NCBI RefSeq assembly: GCF_009914755.1
Contig: NC_060937.1
Direction: 5' to 3' (one strand)
Source: the human T2T-CHM13v2.0 reference genome, Homo sapiens
DNA: 64,000 bases
Of the stretch, positions 62,965-64,000 are shown one piece after another; position 1 is the stretch's first letter; each line of letters opens with the position of its first letter. A model generated the notes under the pieces. The model was not told where the DNA came from. It searched no databases and worked only from the letters and a program-made list of their open reading frames with translations. A program made the translations under genes and the position numbers.

Positions 62965-63608
62965 GTTAAAAATAAGGGAAGAGACAGTTTCTACTTTTGT
63001 GTCTAAGAGCCTGGAAGTCACCACTCCGTCTTAACAAGTAAAAAGCTGAACCGATTGAAAAACCAACAAGTGTTCTAGAATCCGTAAGAGAAGTGAGGAC
63101 ACAGGGAAAATAAACAAACAAAAAGACTGCCCCCAATATTGGAGAAACAGGTGAATACAGGGAGTTGTAACTTACCAGAATAGAGATTCTAAGCGGAAAC
63201 TGCCACAAGAACGAGTGCTGCTGTGGGAAAGCCTGAACTGTAATTGACAAATTGCTAGACAACTCTGAGAGTTAAAAATAACTGCAAGGTGACTCAGTCA
63301 TAGGAAGCCCCCACAATTTTATGAGGTTTATTTCCAGGAGCTTGACTAGGTTCTCACTGTAAATATCAGAAAAAATATCAGTCAGTTCTAGCCATCCTAT
63401 CCCACCTAAGGGGAGGAAAAAAATGGATAAATATTTGTGAAGTTCACAGAAGAGAAGCACAGGCTTACTAAAAGGCTGAGACCTAATCATAGGCCAGTAG
63501 AACACTTCCCTTTTCCCCTCATCTCACCACCACATTACTGAATGACTACTTATACCAGTTTATTCTGCTCAGTACATTTATGTTTGATTATCAAAAAATC
63601 ACAATGCA
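62965..63608 (+). mobile_element. L1MC/MD 5' region
   Basis: GAGCCTGGAAGTCACCACTCCGTCTTAACAAGTAAAAAGCTGAAC...GAAGTGAGGACACAGGGAAAA...GAAGCACAGGCTTACTAAAAGGCTGAGACCTAATCATAGG. Confidence 0.75.

Positions 63609-64000
<392 letters not shown>

Overview
This is AT-rich, CpG-depleted mammalian nuclear DNA, almost certainly human: it carries an AluYa5 with all five subfamily diagnostics at 33822-34131. I find no intact protein-coding gene, CpG island, tRNA or rRNA. The listed ORFs are L1, Alu or ERV remnants, or chance ORFs. A large share of the window is interspersed repeat: a degenerate L1PA (1-4725, 5' part outside the window), many older L1M, L2 and MIR pieces, about 12 Alus or Alu fragments, MaLR/ERV LTRs, and DNA-transposon fossils (Tigger3a, Ricksha, MER8, MER33, MER5, MER20, half a MADE1). 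Five things stand out. (1) A ~237-bp fold-back inverted repeat at 22554-22790 that I cannot assign to a known repeat. (2) A HERV9/LTR12 provirus truncated inside env that still has a complete 3' LTR and a 4-bp CTAG duplication, splitting an Alu (56016-57212). (3) A 32-nt tailless U2 snRNA retrocopy with a 15-bp TSD, whose target site is complementary (9/10) to the U2 bases just past the truncation. (4) A nested LTR>Tigger3a>L1PA (+Alu) stack. (5) A probable deletion junction fusing MER33/MER8 to MLT2A/L1M. Subfamily names come from remembered consensus sequences and need RepeatMasker/Dfam confirmation. Boundaries of old repeats are approximate. I cannot claim a new multi-gene system; the best novelty candidates are structural or mechanistic.
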